64,000 nucleotides of DNA from Podarcis pityusensis (lineage: Eukaryota), in NCBI GenBank assembly GCA_964106645.2, contig OZ067038.1; one strand, given 5' to 3'. The translations under genes were made by a program, and so were the position numbers. The notes below the pieces were generated by a model that saw nothing but the letters and a program-made list of their open reading frames with translations, did no database searches and was not told the origin of the DNA. Position 1 is the stretch's first letter, and every line of letters begins with the position of its first letter. Shown here piece after piece: positions 47,793-59,388 of the stretch.

Positions 47793-50700
47793 TTATACCC
47801 CACCCATCTAGCTGAGTTTCCCCAGCCACTCTGGGCGGCTTCCAATCAAATGTTAAAAACAATACAGTATTAAATATTAAAAACTTCCCTGAACAGGACT
47901 GCCTTCAGATGTCTTTTAAAAAGAAGATAGCTGCTTATTTCCTTCACATCTGAAGGGAGGGCGTTCCACAGGGCGGGCGCCACTACCAAGAAGGCCCTCT
48001 GCCTGGTTCCCTGTAACCTTACTTCTCGCAATGAGGGAACCGCCAGAAGGCCCTCGGAGCTGGACCTCAGTGGGATCTGAACAATGGGGGTGGAGATGCT
48101 CCTTCAGGTATACAGGACTGAGGCCGTTTAGGGCTTTAAAGGTCAGCACCAACACTTTGAATTGTGCTCGGAAACATACTAGGAGCCAATGCAGATCTCT
48201 CAGGACCGGTGTTATGTGGTCCTGGCGGCCACTCCCAGTCTAGCTGTGCATTCTGGATTAATTGCAGTTTCCAGGTCACCTTCAAAGGTAGCCCCACATA
48301 GACCGCATTGCAGTAGTCCAAGCGGGAGATAACTAGAGCAGGCACCACTCTGGCAAGACAGTGCTTAGGAATGGACTGCGGGCTCACACTCACACACGTA
48401 TTCCTGACCTGTGGCACAAGTTTCATCAATTCAGCCTATTTTCTACTTTTGACTTGTTTGTGGAATCAGGAAAGTCTGCGTTCCAGTTCACCAGCTGAAT
48501 CTGGAATGCATTTGTCTTTCATCTTCTGAAAAAATCTGACCCAGCTTTTTGATATCAACATAGTCCGATGACATCTAAATGTAGTCATTGCAGTCACACG
48601 GCCACAGTCTCTGTTCGAGCCGAGGCTAGGAGGCAATCTAGGATCTTCACATGTTCCACCCTGAGTTCCTCGGAATAAGGGAGGGATGTAATTATAAATG
48701 AAGGGACGCGGGTGGCGCTGTGGGTTAAACCACAGAGCCTAGGACTTGCCAATCAGAAGGTCGGCGGTTCGAATCCCCGCGACAGGGTGAGCTCCCATTG
48801 CTCGGTCCCTGCTCCTGCCCACCTAGCAGTTCGAAAGCACATCAAAGTGCAAGTAGATAAATAGGTACCACTCTGGCGGGAAGGTAAACGGCATTTCCGT
48901 GTGCTGCTCTGGTTCGCCAGAAGCGGCTTAGTCTTGCTGGGCACATGACCCGGAAGCTGTACGCCAGCTCCCTCGGCCAGTAAAGCGAGATGAGCGCCGC
49001 AACCCCAGAATCGGTCATGACTGGACCTAATGGTCAGGGGTCCCTTTACCTTTTTATAATTATAAATAAACGCTGCCATGGAATCACTGCATAGTTATAG
49101 GAAGAGAGAGGTCTAACACAGACATAAATGGTGACTAGGGCTTTATGAAATGAACAGCCTTTCTAAAGCAGTGCAGAACATTGTCTTTCTGTCCATCCAA
49201 TTTGCTGAGAGATTTCCTAGAGAAGCCTTCCCAACCTGGTGCCCTCTAGATGTTGTTGGACTTGAGTTCCTGTCGTATGTCCAGTGGCCATGCTGGCTGA
49301 AGCTTGATGGGTGCTTGGAGACCTGGCTAAAATCTTATGATTTCTACTTTCAGAAAATACGCCATCTGGTTGCAAGGAAGATAGAACTTTGCCATGTGTG
49401 TTGTTGAAATCCTTTAACGTGGTACTTTTCTTTTTCCTCAGGTCCCTGCAGCTCTGCTCCCTTGCAGCCTGCAACAGCTTCCAGTTACCCCACAGGGGGG
49501 TCTTTCCGCGTTGAGTTTACTGCTTGCCCGGACGACAACCTAGACACAATTTTGTCCAGTTTGCGTGGGGTGCCAGAGGTGTCGTTTATCACAACTGTTC
49601 CTGCCAGGTAATGTTGAAGGCTACCCAAGGTGTTTCACTCTTGCTGTCAAACAGAAACCAACAATTCTGGTGGGTGGCCTTGCTGGCCCAGTCAGATATT
49701 GTGATTTGCCAACCCCTTTTTCTGCAGACAAGCCAATTCCCTAGATAATCTAATCCAAAAGTGACTAGAGTATGAATAAGACCAGGCCCTGTTTTTCCAG
49801 GAAAGGGCTCAACTGGCATACAAGTATAGGAGCAAATTGTGGAATGATGCGTTAAGAATCTTGGTTTGGTGTTAATGACTTTTAACGAATGTTTGGTATA
49901 TTGGTTTACATTTAGAAAGTAACTTGCTCTGGGATTGCTGTGTGGGGAAAAGCAGGATAGAAATTTAATGTATGAATTAAATAAGATATTGCTGGTAGGA
50001 GCCATTTCTGGCTACTTTGAGCTTCCAGGAGCAGGGCTATATTCAGAAAACCCCAAACCTTCAGAGGGAAGACAACTCTTTCCACAACATGCGAAATACC
50101 TCCTAAGATCACTAGATCCTCTAGTCCCCAGTATGTCCATCTTAACTGGATAAAGCTTCCATTTCTTCATCCTCATCCAATACATAACTGCCACCAGATA
50201 CTACAACAGAATTTGTACTAAAACCCCCAATATCATATTATGGGAGATGAGTGAGCATTGTGGATATGGGTTGAACATTTGAATGACCTGACCCAACCTT
50301 TTCAAAGAGAGGTTAGCATGGAAGAGGAGATGGATCCTTGTAGTACACCTGTGGCAGTGCAGATATTGTTGGACCCCAACTCTCATCAGTCCCAACTAGG
50401 AGCCAGTAATGAGGGATGACGGCAGAGAGTCCATCAACGTCTGGAGGGCCAAAGACCATGGATGGGGTAGAGAAGCAGCTTCTGAGCCTACTTTCAAGAG
50501 AGCATTGGAGTTAATGTTACTCACCCAAAGCATAATTAGTAGATCACAACTGATTTTTTAAAATAAAAAATAATATTAAAAAGTTACAATTTCCCCAAGG
50601 GTTGGAGGGGAAGAGCAGACACGAGTCGGCGTGAACTGCAGCCAGCAAGCCTTGCTGCACGTGGTGGCCTTGCTCTCCCAGAACAGTCTTCTCTATCAAA

Positions 50701-53700
50701 AGACTGAAATCGTATCATTACAGAAGGTAAGTCACATATGTGCATGGAAACAGAGAATTCTAAGAATTGGGAGGCATCGCGAGGATCATCTAAAGGTAAA
50801 GGACCCCTGGCAGTTAAGTCCAGTCGCGAGGGACTCTGGGGTTGTGGCGCTCATCTACTGGACGAGGGAGCCGGCGTTTGTCCACAGACAGTTTTCCCAG
50901 GTCATGTGGCCAGCATGACTAAGCCGCTTCTGGCAAAACCAGAGCAGCACACAGAAATGCTGTTTACCTTTCCACCAGAGTGGTACCTATTTATCTACTT
51001 GCACTTTGATGTGCTTTCGAACTGCTAGGTGGGCAGGAGCAGGGACCAAGCAATGGGAGCTCACCCTGTCATCACGGGGATTCGAACCGCCGACCTTCTG
51101 ATCGGCAAGTCCTAGGCTCTGTGGTTTAGACCACAGCGCCACCCGCGTTTCCGAGGATCATCTAGCCCTGCAGAAATACGCAGGGATTGAGCTTGCAACC
51201 TTGGCATTAGCAGCACCATGCTTTAAGCAACTGAGCCATCCAGGCTTGCTTTGAGGAAGGGGTCTGGCCTGAGGCTGCAAAATATACCGTGCTCTGATGG
51301 AAGAGTAGAAGACTTCTATCTTAGGAAGGAGCTGGAATGAATGGGCCAGCCACCTCAATGAGCTTAAAAGAGCCCCTCCCCTTCTCCGTCAATAACCCTG
51401 TTGTGTACTTTGGCACTTTAAGCACAGCTTGTCTGCCCATATCTTTATTGTGTAGTCGTGTCTGACTCTTCGTGACTCCATGGACCAGAGCATGCCAGGC
51501 ACTCCTGTCTTCCGCTGCCTCCCCCAGTTTGGTCAAACCCATGCTGGTAGCTTCGAGAACACTATCCAACCATCTCATCCTCTGTCGCCCCCTTCTCCTT
51601 GTGCCCTCCATCTTTCCCAACATCTCAGGGTCTTTTCTCATGAGGTGGCCAAAGTATTGGAGCCTCAGCTTCAGGATCTGTCCTTCCAGTGAGCACTCAG
51701 GGCTGATTTCCTTCAGAATGGATAGGTTTGATCTTCTTGCAGTCCATGGGACTCTCAAGAGTCTCCTCCAGCACCATAATTCAAAAGCACTGCCTATATC
51801 TACTTAACGTTATATTGCAAGTGTGGGGAACTTTGGGACTGCTGAACTACAACTCTGAGCAGCCCCAGCAAGCATGGCCCGTGACCAGGAATGATGGGAG
51901 TTGTAGTTCAGCAGCATCTGAAGCTCTGTTATATTGGATGTGTGTCTCACACACCTTTTTGAAGCCTCTGGGTAACTGTTTCCCTGCACTGTTAGCTTGA
52001 TTCTGTTTGGAGGGTTGCTGTGCCCTGCCTCTAGGATAAGCTTAAGAAGCCAAGAGAGGTCTTTCCTGGGTGTGAGAGAGAAGATTGGGGACAGAGATGG
52101 GTAGAGGGCAAGATTTCAAATGCTTATTTTATGCAGCAAATGTTACTGTATTTTTCGCTCTACAGGACGCACTTGACCATAGGACACACCTTGTTTTAGA
52201 GGGGGAGAACAAGAAAAAAAATTCTCCCCCTCTCTGCTCAGCGCCCCTTCAGCGAAGCGGCAGGAGAAACGGAGCCCCTTCCATTTCTCCTCCCGCTTGG
52301 CTGAAGGGGCGATGCGCAGCTCTCCCTCTCTGCTGAAGCACACACATTTCCCCTTAATTTTTGGAGAGGAAATGTAATCTCATGAAGGATATAATGTGGA
52401 GTTCCAGATCTGAATGCAACTGCTGTTTCCTGGCAGTGCTTCCCACTAGGTTAGTTGCTGGTAGGGTGGGGTAGGACGAGCTGCTGCAATGACAGAAATG
52501 ATGACTAGGAAGTTGGGGCTGCATTCACTATTTGAAGACAGTTTGGGATCCATTTACGTCCTGAGACTCCAGTTACAGCCCGTTCCTGAGCATTTTTGCT
52601 GAAGCCCATGGGGCCTGCTCCCAGGTAGGAATGCAAAGGCTCTCAGTCTTTCTGTTGGCACATCAAAAATTAAAATAACATAACTTTTTCATATCGAAAA
52701 ATCAGAACTCCTATTAAACAAGTTCCGTTTCAAATACTGAAATACTAAATAAGATGGATAACAATGTGTAATAGAAAAAGAAGTACAGTGGTGCCTCGCA
52801 AGACGAAATTAATTCGTTCCGCAAGTCTCTTCGTCTTGCGAGTTTTTCGTCTTGCGATGCACGGTTTCCCATAGGAATGCATTGAAAATCAATTAATGCG
52901 TTCCTAGGGAAACCGCCTTCAGACCAGGTCCGGGGACAGTCTGTCCCCGGACCTCTTCTGAAGGCTGGGGGGGGGGGGACAAGGGCTTTTCTTCCCACCC
53001 CCAGCATTTTAAAAAACCCCGGGACAGCGGAGGACTTCTCCGCTGTCCGGGCGATCTTAAAATGCTGGCGGGCGGCATTTTAAAATCGCCCCGGGACAGC
53101 GGAGGACTTCTCCGCTGTCCGGGGCGATTTAAAAGCCCCTGGGAAGGCGGGCAGGGGGGACAAAGACTTTCGCCCCCCGCCCGCCTTCAGAAGGTGTTCC
53201 CGCCCCCCGCCCCGCTTCGGAGCACCGGGAGAAGCGATCTCCCCGCAGCCCCTTGCTTCAAAAGAGGTCCGGGGGCAGCGGGGAAGAAGCGCTGCGCTTC
53301 CCGCTGCCCCCGGACCTCTTTTGAAGCAAGGGGCTGCGGGGAGATCGCGATCTCCCCACCGCCCCTTGCTTCAAAAGAGGTCTGGGGACAGCGGGAAGCG
53401 CTTCGCGCTGCCCCCGGACCTCTTTTGAAGCAAGGGGCTGCGGGGAGATCGCTGCCCCCGGACCTCCTTTGAAGCAAGGGGCTGCGGGGAGATCGCTGTC
53501 CCCGGACCTCTTTTGAAGCAAGGGGCAGTGGGGAGAAGCGATCTCCCCGCAGCCCCTTGCTTCAAAAGAGGTCCGGGGGCAGCGGGAAGCGCTTCCCGCT
53601 GTCCCCGGACCTGGGGCTGCGGGGAGAAGATCGCTTCTCCCCGCCGCCCCTTGCTTCAAAAGAGAAGACCCGCTGTCCCCGGGGCAAGCTTCGTTTTGCG

Positions 53701-56700
53701 AAGCAAGCCCATAGGGAAATTCGTCTTGCGAGGCAACTCGAAAACGAAAAAACCTTTCGTTTTGCGAGTTTTTCGTCTCGCGAGGCGTTCGTCTTGCGGG
53801 GTACCACTGTATGAAATTAGGTTAAAGGTATGTGAAAGAAAGTAATAGAAGTGGAAAGAAATTGCAATTGAGTAGATTGGAAGTCTAACACAAAGGTGGG
53901 GTGAGGGTGGTGGATGGTGATGGGAAAAGGAATTATCTGTGGGATTGAGTGTAGGTATGTTTGAACACTTTTAAGGATTGTATGAAATGTATGTTTGTAT
54001 ATTTGTAATATATGTGTATTAATGCTGAATTATTTTAACAATAAAAACTTTTCAAAAAAAAATAAATTAAAATAACTTATTAGAAAGAATAACAAATTAC
54101 GTGAAATAGTCCAGGGGTTCCCAAACTGGTCTTCTGCAGCCTTTTTGTGGATCTGTGGTTGAAGACGGGAGGTGGCACATCCACTGCATTACATATTCGT
54201 ATTGTTGTATTGCTTATATTGTATTTGGCATTATTGCGCTTTGCATTGTATGGCATTCAAGTAATACGAAACGCAATGTATAAAAAAAGGAAAGGAGCAA
54301 TAAAATTGCAATTATAAGTCCCACAAGTGCATTTACAATGGTTAAAACAGGCAGAAGAATCAGGAAGCAGCCTGCCCAGACTTTCAGTGGCCCATGAGGG
54401 GAAAACGTTTTGGAACAACTGATACAGTACAGTCCTTTAAGAGTATCACATGTCTTTGGAAACGTGCTTGTATTTAGGGAAACTGTCAGTTGTTGAAGTG
54501 GGCCGAGATGTGTGTAAGCCCTTCTAAAGGAACTCTTTAATTTTTGCTTCTCCTCAGCCTCTTCTTGAAGATACTGGCATGGGACGCTTGTGTGCACTGA
54601 AGGAGCCAGTTTCTATTTCCACCTTGGTTGAACGAGTGAAAAGCCACTTAAGACTGTCTCATATTCGCCTAGCCCTTGGAGCTGGAAAATCATTGGGTAT
54701 GGTACTTGTATTTCCTCATATGAAGAAACATTGGGCCACAGACATGCATTACGGTGGTGCCCCGCAAGACGAATGCCTCGCAAGACGGAAAACCCGCAAG
54801 ACGAAAGGGTTTTCTGTTTTGGAGGCGCTTCGCAAGACGAATTTCCCTATGGGCTTGCATCGCAAGACGAAAGTCCATAGGGAAATGCTGGCGGTCGGGA
54901 GCAAAGACTTTCGCCCACAGCCGGCCTTCAGAAGAGGACCTCTTCTGAAGGCCGGCGGGGGGCAAAAGTCTTTGCTCCCCCCCGCCTGCCTTCCCCCCCG
55001 CCTGCCCCGGGCGATCTTAAAATGCTGGCGGGCGGGAGCGAAGCGTTCGCTGCCGACCCCCAGCATTTAAAAATCTCCCCGGGACAGCAGAGAAGTCTCT
55101 GCTGTCCCGGGGAGATTTTAAAATGCTGGGGGTCGGCAGCGAACGCTTCGCTCCCGACCCCCAGCATTTTAAAACGCTGTTCCGAAGCGGGGCGGGGGGC
55201 GGGAACACCTGCCCCAGCCGCCCCGCTTCGGAACGCTGCTCCGAAGCGGGGCGGGGGGCGGGAACACCTTCTGAAGGCGGGCGGGGGGCGAAAGTCTTTG
55301 TCCCCCCCTCCCTGCCTTCCCAGGGGCTTTTAAATCGCCCCGGACAGCGGAGAAGTCCTCCACTGTCCGGGGCGATTTTAAAATGCCGCCCGCCAGCATT
55401 TTAAGATCGCCCGGACAGCGGAGAAGTCCTCCGCTGTCCTGGGGTTTTTTAAAATGCTGGGGGTGGGAAGAAAAGCCCTTGTCCCCCCCCCCCCCAGCCT
55501 TCAGAAGAGGTCCGGGGACAGACTGTCCCCGGACCTGGTCTGAAGGCGGTTTCCCTAGGAACGCATTGATTGATTTTCAATGCATTCCTATGGGAAACCG
55601 TGCATCGCAAGACGAAAAACTCGCAAGACGAAGAGACTTGCGGAACGAATTAATTTCGTCTTGCGAGGCACCACTGTACTTACTTCCTATAAATGGTCTA
55701 TTGTTCTGTATATAACAGGAGAATGTCCACTCGCTGCAGCAAAGAGAGCCAGTTAATTCTGAAGTGACTGTTTTTCTTCCTACTGTTAAACGGGGGCAGC
55801 CCATGTATCTTGGCCATGTAAGCAGCCTTCAGATCCTTGAAGGAAAGGCAGGTTATAAATATTACAAAACACTGCTTGAATGCCAGTCTTGGCCATACAC
55901 AATCTTAACGGGGCTTAAGTCCAAGTAAATGTCTTTGAGTTCAGTGGGACTTCCTCTCTAGTAAGTGTGTTTAGAATTGCAGAAGTAAAAGTGACTAAAG
56001 CAAGTTCAGACAGTCTATAATTGGACCAGCTGGAACTTCTGGAAGTGGTTTAAAAACGTGCACACAAAGAGAGAGCAGATCCAAACAAATGTCTTCTGAA
56101 CAGAACATCTTTTTGAGGGTAGGCTAAAAATAATTATAGTTCCGTCTCCAAATGGGGAACATGGAACAATTGAAGTGGTGAAGCTCACTACGATTTGTGG
56201 AGGACTTAACTTGGTCTTATAGCATTATATGGATCTAGGATGCAGGCTTTGACTGTTTGCCCACCTGGGCTGAGTGGTATCTTCCAGGCAGCAGCTCCTT
56301 ATGGTTTTTGGCTGCTGGAGGTTTTTCAGGGTATTGCGACCAGGGTTTACTTACGCTGGAGTTTGGTTGTGGGAACTGAACATGAGGCTTCCTGTAGGCA
56401 AAATGTGCTCTTCTGCTAAGTTATAGCCTCCTCCTGTAGAAAACTTTGGAAACTGCATAATGCTCCTTGGCACAAGGATGGGGAACCTGCTGCCCTCTGG
56501 ACCGATGTTGTTGGACCTCAACTCTCATCAGATCCTTGGGAGAGCCACAGGTTCCCCAGCCTCCCTGAGAGGACCGACGGCGTAACAACGGGGTTTTACC
56601 ATTTTGTAGAATCCCAGGTGAAGGCGGTTGCCCTTTGCGCCGGCTCAGGAAGTAGTGTTCTGAAAGGCACAGAAAGTGATCTCTACCTCACAGGTAAGAA

Positions 56701-57432
56701 CCTCTCAATAATAATGTATGAAAGCAGTCGATTCAAAGAACCTGTTTGGTTGCCTAGGAATCGAGGTAGGGAAGACACCGGGTTTAACGGTTAAACCAAA
56801 GGGGCAGAGTGAAGAGCAGCAAGTATAACACACATGGAAATCTCGTGTCGCAGCTTTAATTAAGTCTTGGGGAGAAGGGAAAAGGTGAGATGCAGGAAAC
56901 AGGCACAAAAGAAAGATGGCGGATTGGGTGGGGATGCAAGAGCCATGCACAGCCTTCAGTTCCCTGCAATGCATCCTTGTGGTTCTATGGGAAATTGGAA
57001 AATGAAGCTTTTTGGTACCTATAGGGCCTCTTCCTCGGCGCTGAACTTGCCTGGATTGAGCCCAGATCGATCTTTCTTGAAACCTGTTCACATCACTACA
57101 TTTTTAAAAAAGTATGCATTGTACTCTGCTTTTCAGCCAATGCCTGTAAGATCACTAACCAACATGGCCATTGGCTCTTTTCTGTCTCAATTACAAGCGA
57201 AGTGCCCAAGTCCTAATCAATAACCAGTATCTTAATTATATTGGTAGGAGAGATGTCCCACCATGACGTACTGGACGCTGTTTCCAAAGGGATCAGCGTG
57301 ATCTTGTGCGAGCACAGCAACACTGAGCGAGGCTTTCTGCTGGAGCTGCAAAAAGAGCTGGCTGTGCACCTTCAGAACAACATCTGTATCGTAGTTTCTG
57401 AGAGAGACAGAGACCCCCTTCAAGTGGTATAG
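47049..57432 (+). CDS. NIF3L1: NIF3-like protein 1 (DUF34 family), 375 aa; join 47049-47475,49442-49607,50600-50726,54558-54696,56610-56693,57248-57432; second in-frame AUG at 47121
   Basis: MDLKVLVSSLNDFASLSLAESWDNVGLL..SYHPPIF..HTAYD..GMGRL..CAGSG..TGEMSHH..EHSNTERG; GT-AG junctions, total 1128 nt; AATAAA at 57550-57555. Confidence 0.94.
47761..48361 (-). mobile_element. L2-clade LINE 3' fragment with (att)n tail
   Basis: Peptide LVISRLDYCNAVYVGLPLK..KLQLIQNA typical of the L2 ORF2 C-terminus; (aat)n at 47760-47792. Confidence 0.85.
48703..49055 (+). mobile_element. Sauria SINE
   Basis: Full length; TSD taattataaat. Confidence 0.92.
50793..51151 (-). mobile_element. Sauria SINE (variant subfamily) nested in an older tRNA-derived SINE (about 50750-51246)
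   Basis: 13-bp TSD cgaggatcatcta; the host has a decayed tRNA-like head at about 51180-51246 on the minus strand. Confidence 0.85.
51445..51789 (-). mobile_element. Bov-B 3' fragment
   Basis: Same peptide as the 940-1313 copy; TSD ctgcc(c/t)atatct at 51433-51444 and 51790-51801. Confidence 0.9.
52146..52372. mobile_element. Truncated family D MITE
   Basis: Starts ctgtatttttcgctctacaggacgc; shares cacatttcccctta with the 39288 copy; right TIR missing. Confidence 0.6.
52786..53809. mobile_element. Long family A MITE with internal palindromic minisatellite array
   Basis: Family A TIRs, TA flanks; repeated inverted units ggacctcttttgaagcaaggggctgcggggaga. Confidence 0.88.
54752..55676. mobile_element. 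Long family A MITE, inverted relative to 52786-53809
   Basis: Family A TIRs, TA flanks; 55237-55676 is the near-exact reverse complement of 52786-53224. Confidence 0.88.
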
Positions 57433-59388
57433 CAAAAGTGTGAGGTCCAGAACATCAGACTGTATTTAACATACAAAAATATAAAGCGGGAGAGGCTCTG
57501 GTTAAAAGCACAATATGGTTTTCAAAGTGCTAGGGATAACCTGCCTGGAAATAAATGGCTGACTGACAATCTGTTTGCAAAATGTGACTTTCTTTATCAC
57601 AACTGAGAACTATGTGCCCTGCTATTTAATTTTTATTCCACATAATCAAATGCTTTGTATTTTTGGGCAGCTGATACTGTTATCTCATCTTACTGCATTT
57701 TACCTTGTGAGGTAGGCAGTTCTCAAGGGGAGCAGAGCTCTCTCTCTCTCTCTAAGGCGGGGTGCAAAAGTCAGGCAAAAGACTAAGCACTGGGAAGGTG
57801 AGAGAAGGAATTTCCACAGCAGTTCCTCCCTCCATAGTAAGGAGGCATTTGCTTCCCAGAAGTGTAGAGAGGGGGGTACCTGACGGAGAACTATAAGGGC
57901 ACCAAAGCAAAGAGGCGCTAGCAACGTCACACCATTTGTGGGGCCCCAAAAAGGACTTCCGGGTAGGTTCACAGGGTTGCAGCTAAAATCACTCTTTGAT
58001 CGGTAGCCTTAGCACAAAAATTAATCAGGAACTTTAGGGAAAAAACTATTTCTCAACTTCACTTTTGGAATTTTATGCTGTGCGAGGAATCCCCCCCTCC
58101 CCCCGCAAGAAAGCACTTCTACCTGACAGCTAGCTTTTTTATCCTGGAAAATGTAAGACAAAAAATAAGCTAAACCAATGATTTATGTAGTACGTGAAGA
58201 TGCACATCTCAGAGCTTTTTCAAACAAACTTTCAATGGTCTAATGGTCATTGAACTGTCAGGGGTTGATCACTTCGATGTCAGAACCAGCAATATTTAAT
58301 TTAGGCTGCAATCCCATGGACATTTATTTTGGAATAAGCTCCATTGAATTTAGTGGGATTTGAACTTCTGAGTAAGGGATCAGTCCAAACTCCAGCTGTT
58401 GATGGCATGGGCTTTATGCAGCAGTAGGGGGAGGATGAATTCTGCCTTGATTGGGCCCTTACATTATCACATGTCGGAACTGGAAAGTGCTCGGGGACTA
58501 ACAAATCCTGCCCCATTTCAGCATCTTCCACTGGCTCTACAGCAGCACTTCTGCCAGCTCACACATGGGCTGCACGAATGTAGTGACACCACCACCATCC
58601 CATTACCTGGCACAAGAAGGGACGTTTGATCACTCCACCCGCTCAACAGCACCTCTTCTGCCATTTCAGTTGACGTTTTTTCAAATACAAGTCTTCGCCA
58701 GGACCATAAACTGTGTTTTATTTAGAACCATACAAAAAAAAAACACCCCACTATTGCACAACTACACATTTTTATTCAGATTATTTTTTAAAAATACCAA
58801 AATACTACCTCTCATTACTTCGGACGTTATCATTAAGAAAGCTGGTTTGAAAAATCAGCATAGCTGCCATTTTCTTTACATTGCAGAGACAGGTGCCAGC
58901 TTATTATTAACTTTACAATGGCTTGTATACCAATGAAGGCTAAAACGTCAACAAACTTGTCCAAAATAACCTGGGTCTCTGGTGTTTGTATTTTGCTTTG
59001 CCCAAGTACGGGCACCTCTCCATCTCACACGGCACATATTAGAAAACCAATAAGGTAGTCTGTAAATATGACATACTCATTCATTGTTGAAAAACTTAAG
59101 CTGCTAACAGCCAACAATGTGTATTTTCCAAGCACAAGTTACTTCATGAGCAGAAAGGCACATTCCTATGTCACATTTTCTTTGTAATGGAATACAAAGG
59201 AGGAAATCGTCATCCAAAGTGGAAAACCTAAGCAGTTTTAGATACATATAAAAGTTGGCTTTGCACAAACAATGCTTTACTCAATTATTACAGGCAGATA
59301 AAAACTCCTGAGATCTGAAAATTGACTACACTGTAGGCAGTATTCCAGCAGCTCTTGAGAGCAATTGCTATTGCACATTTCAGAGCCT

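Noticed and set aside
51180-51246. tRNA-like sequence on the minus strand
   Set aside because: Degenerate B box and acceptor stem; it is the head of a SINE, not a tRNA gene. The same applies to Sauria SINE heads.
52714-55804. Many overlapping repetitive ORFs and a CRISPR-like look
   Set aside because: Eukaryotic MITE interiors with palindromic units; no unique spacers and no cas genes.
13780-56570. Scattered short actacaactccc-type hAT relics (about 13790, 16850, 19630, 49230, 50350, 51820, 56480) and AT-rich L1-like tails (about 5230, 38750, 45280, 53820)
   Set aside because: Probably real old repeats, but too decayed to bound or classify by eye, so not listed as features.
57225-57247. Possible U12-type intron (atcttaat branch-like motif, no pyrimidine tract) before the NIF3L1 last exon
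   Set aside because: The donor is GTAAGA (U2-type), not GTATCCTT.
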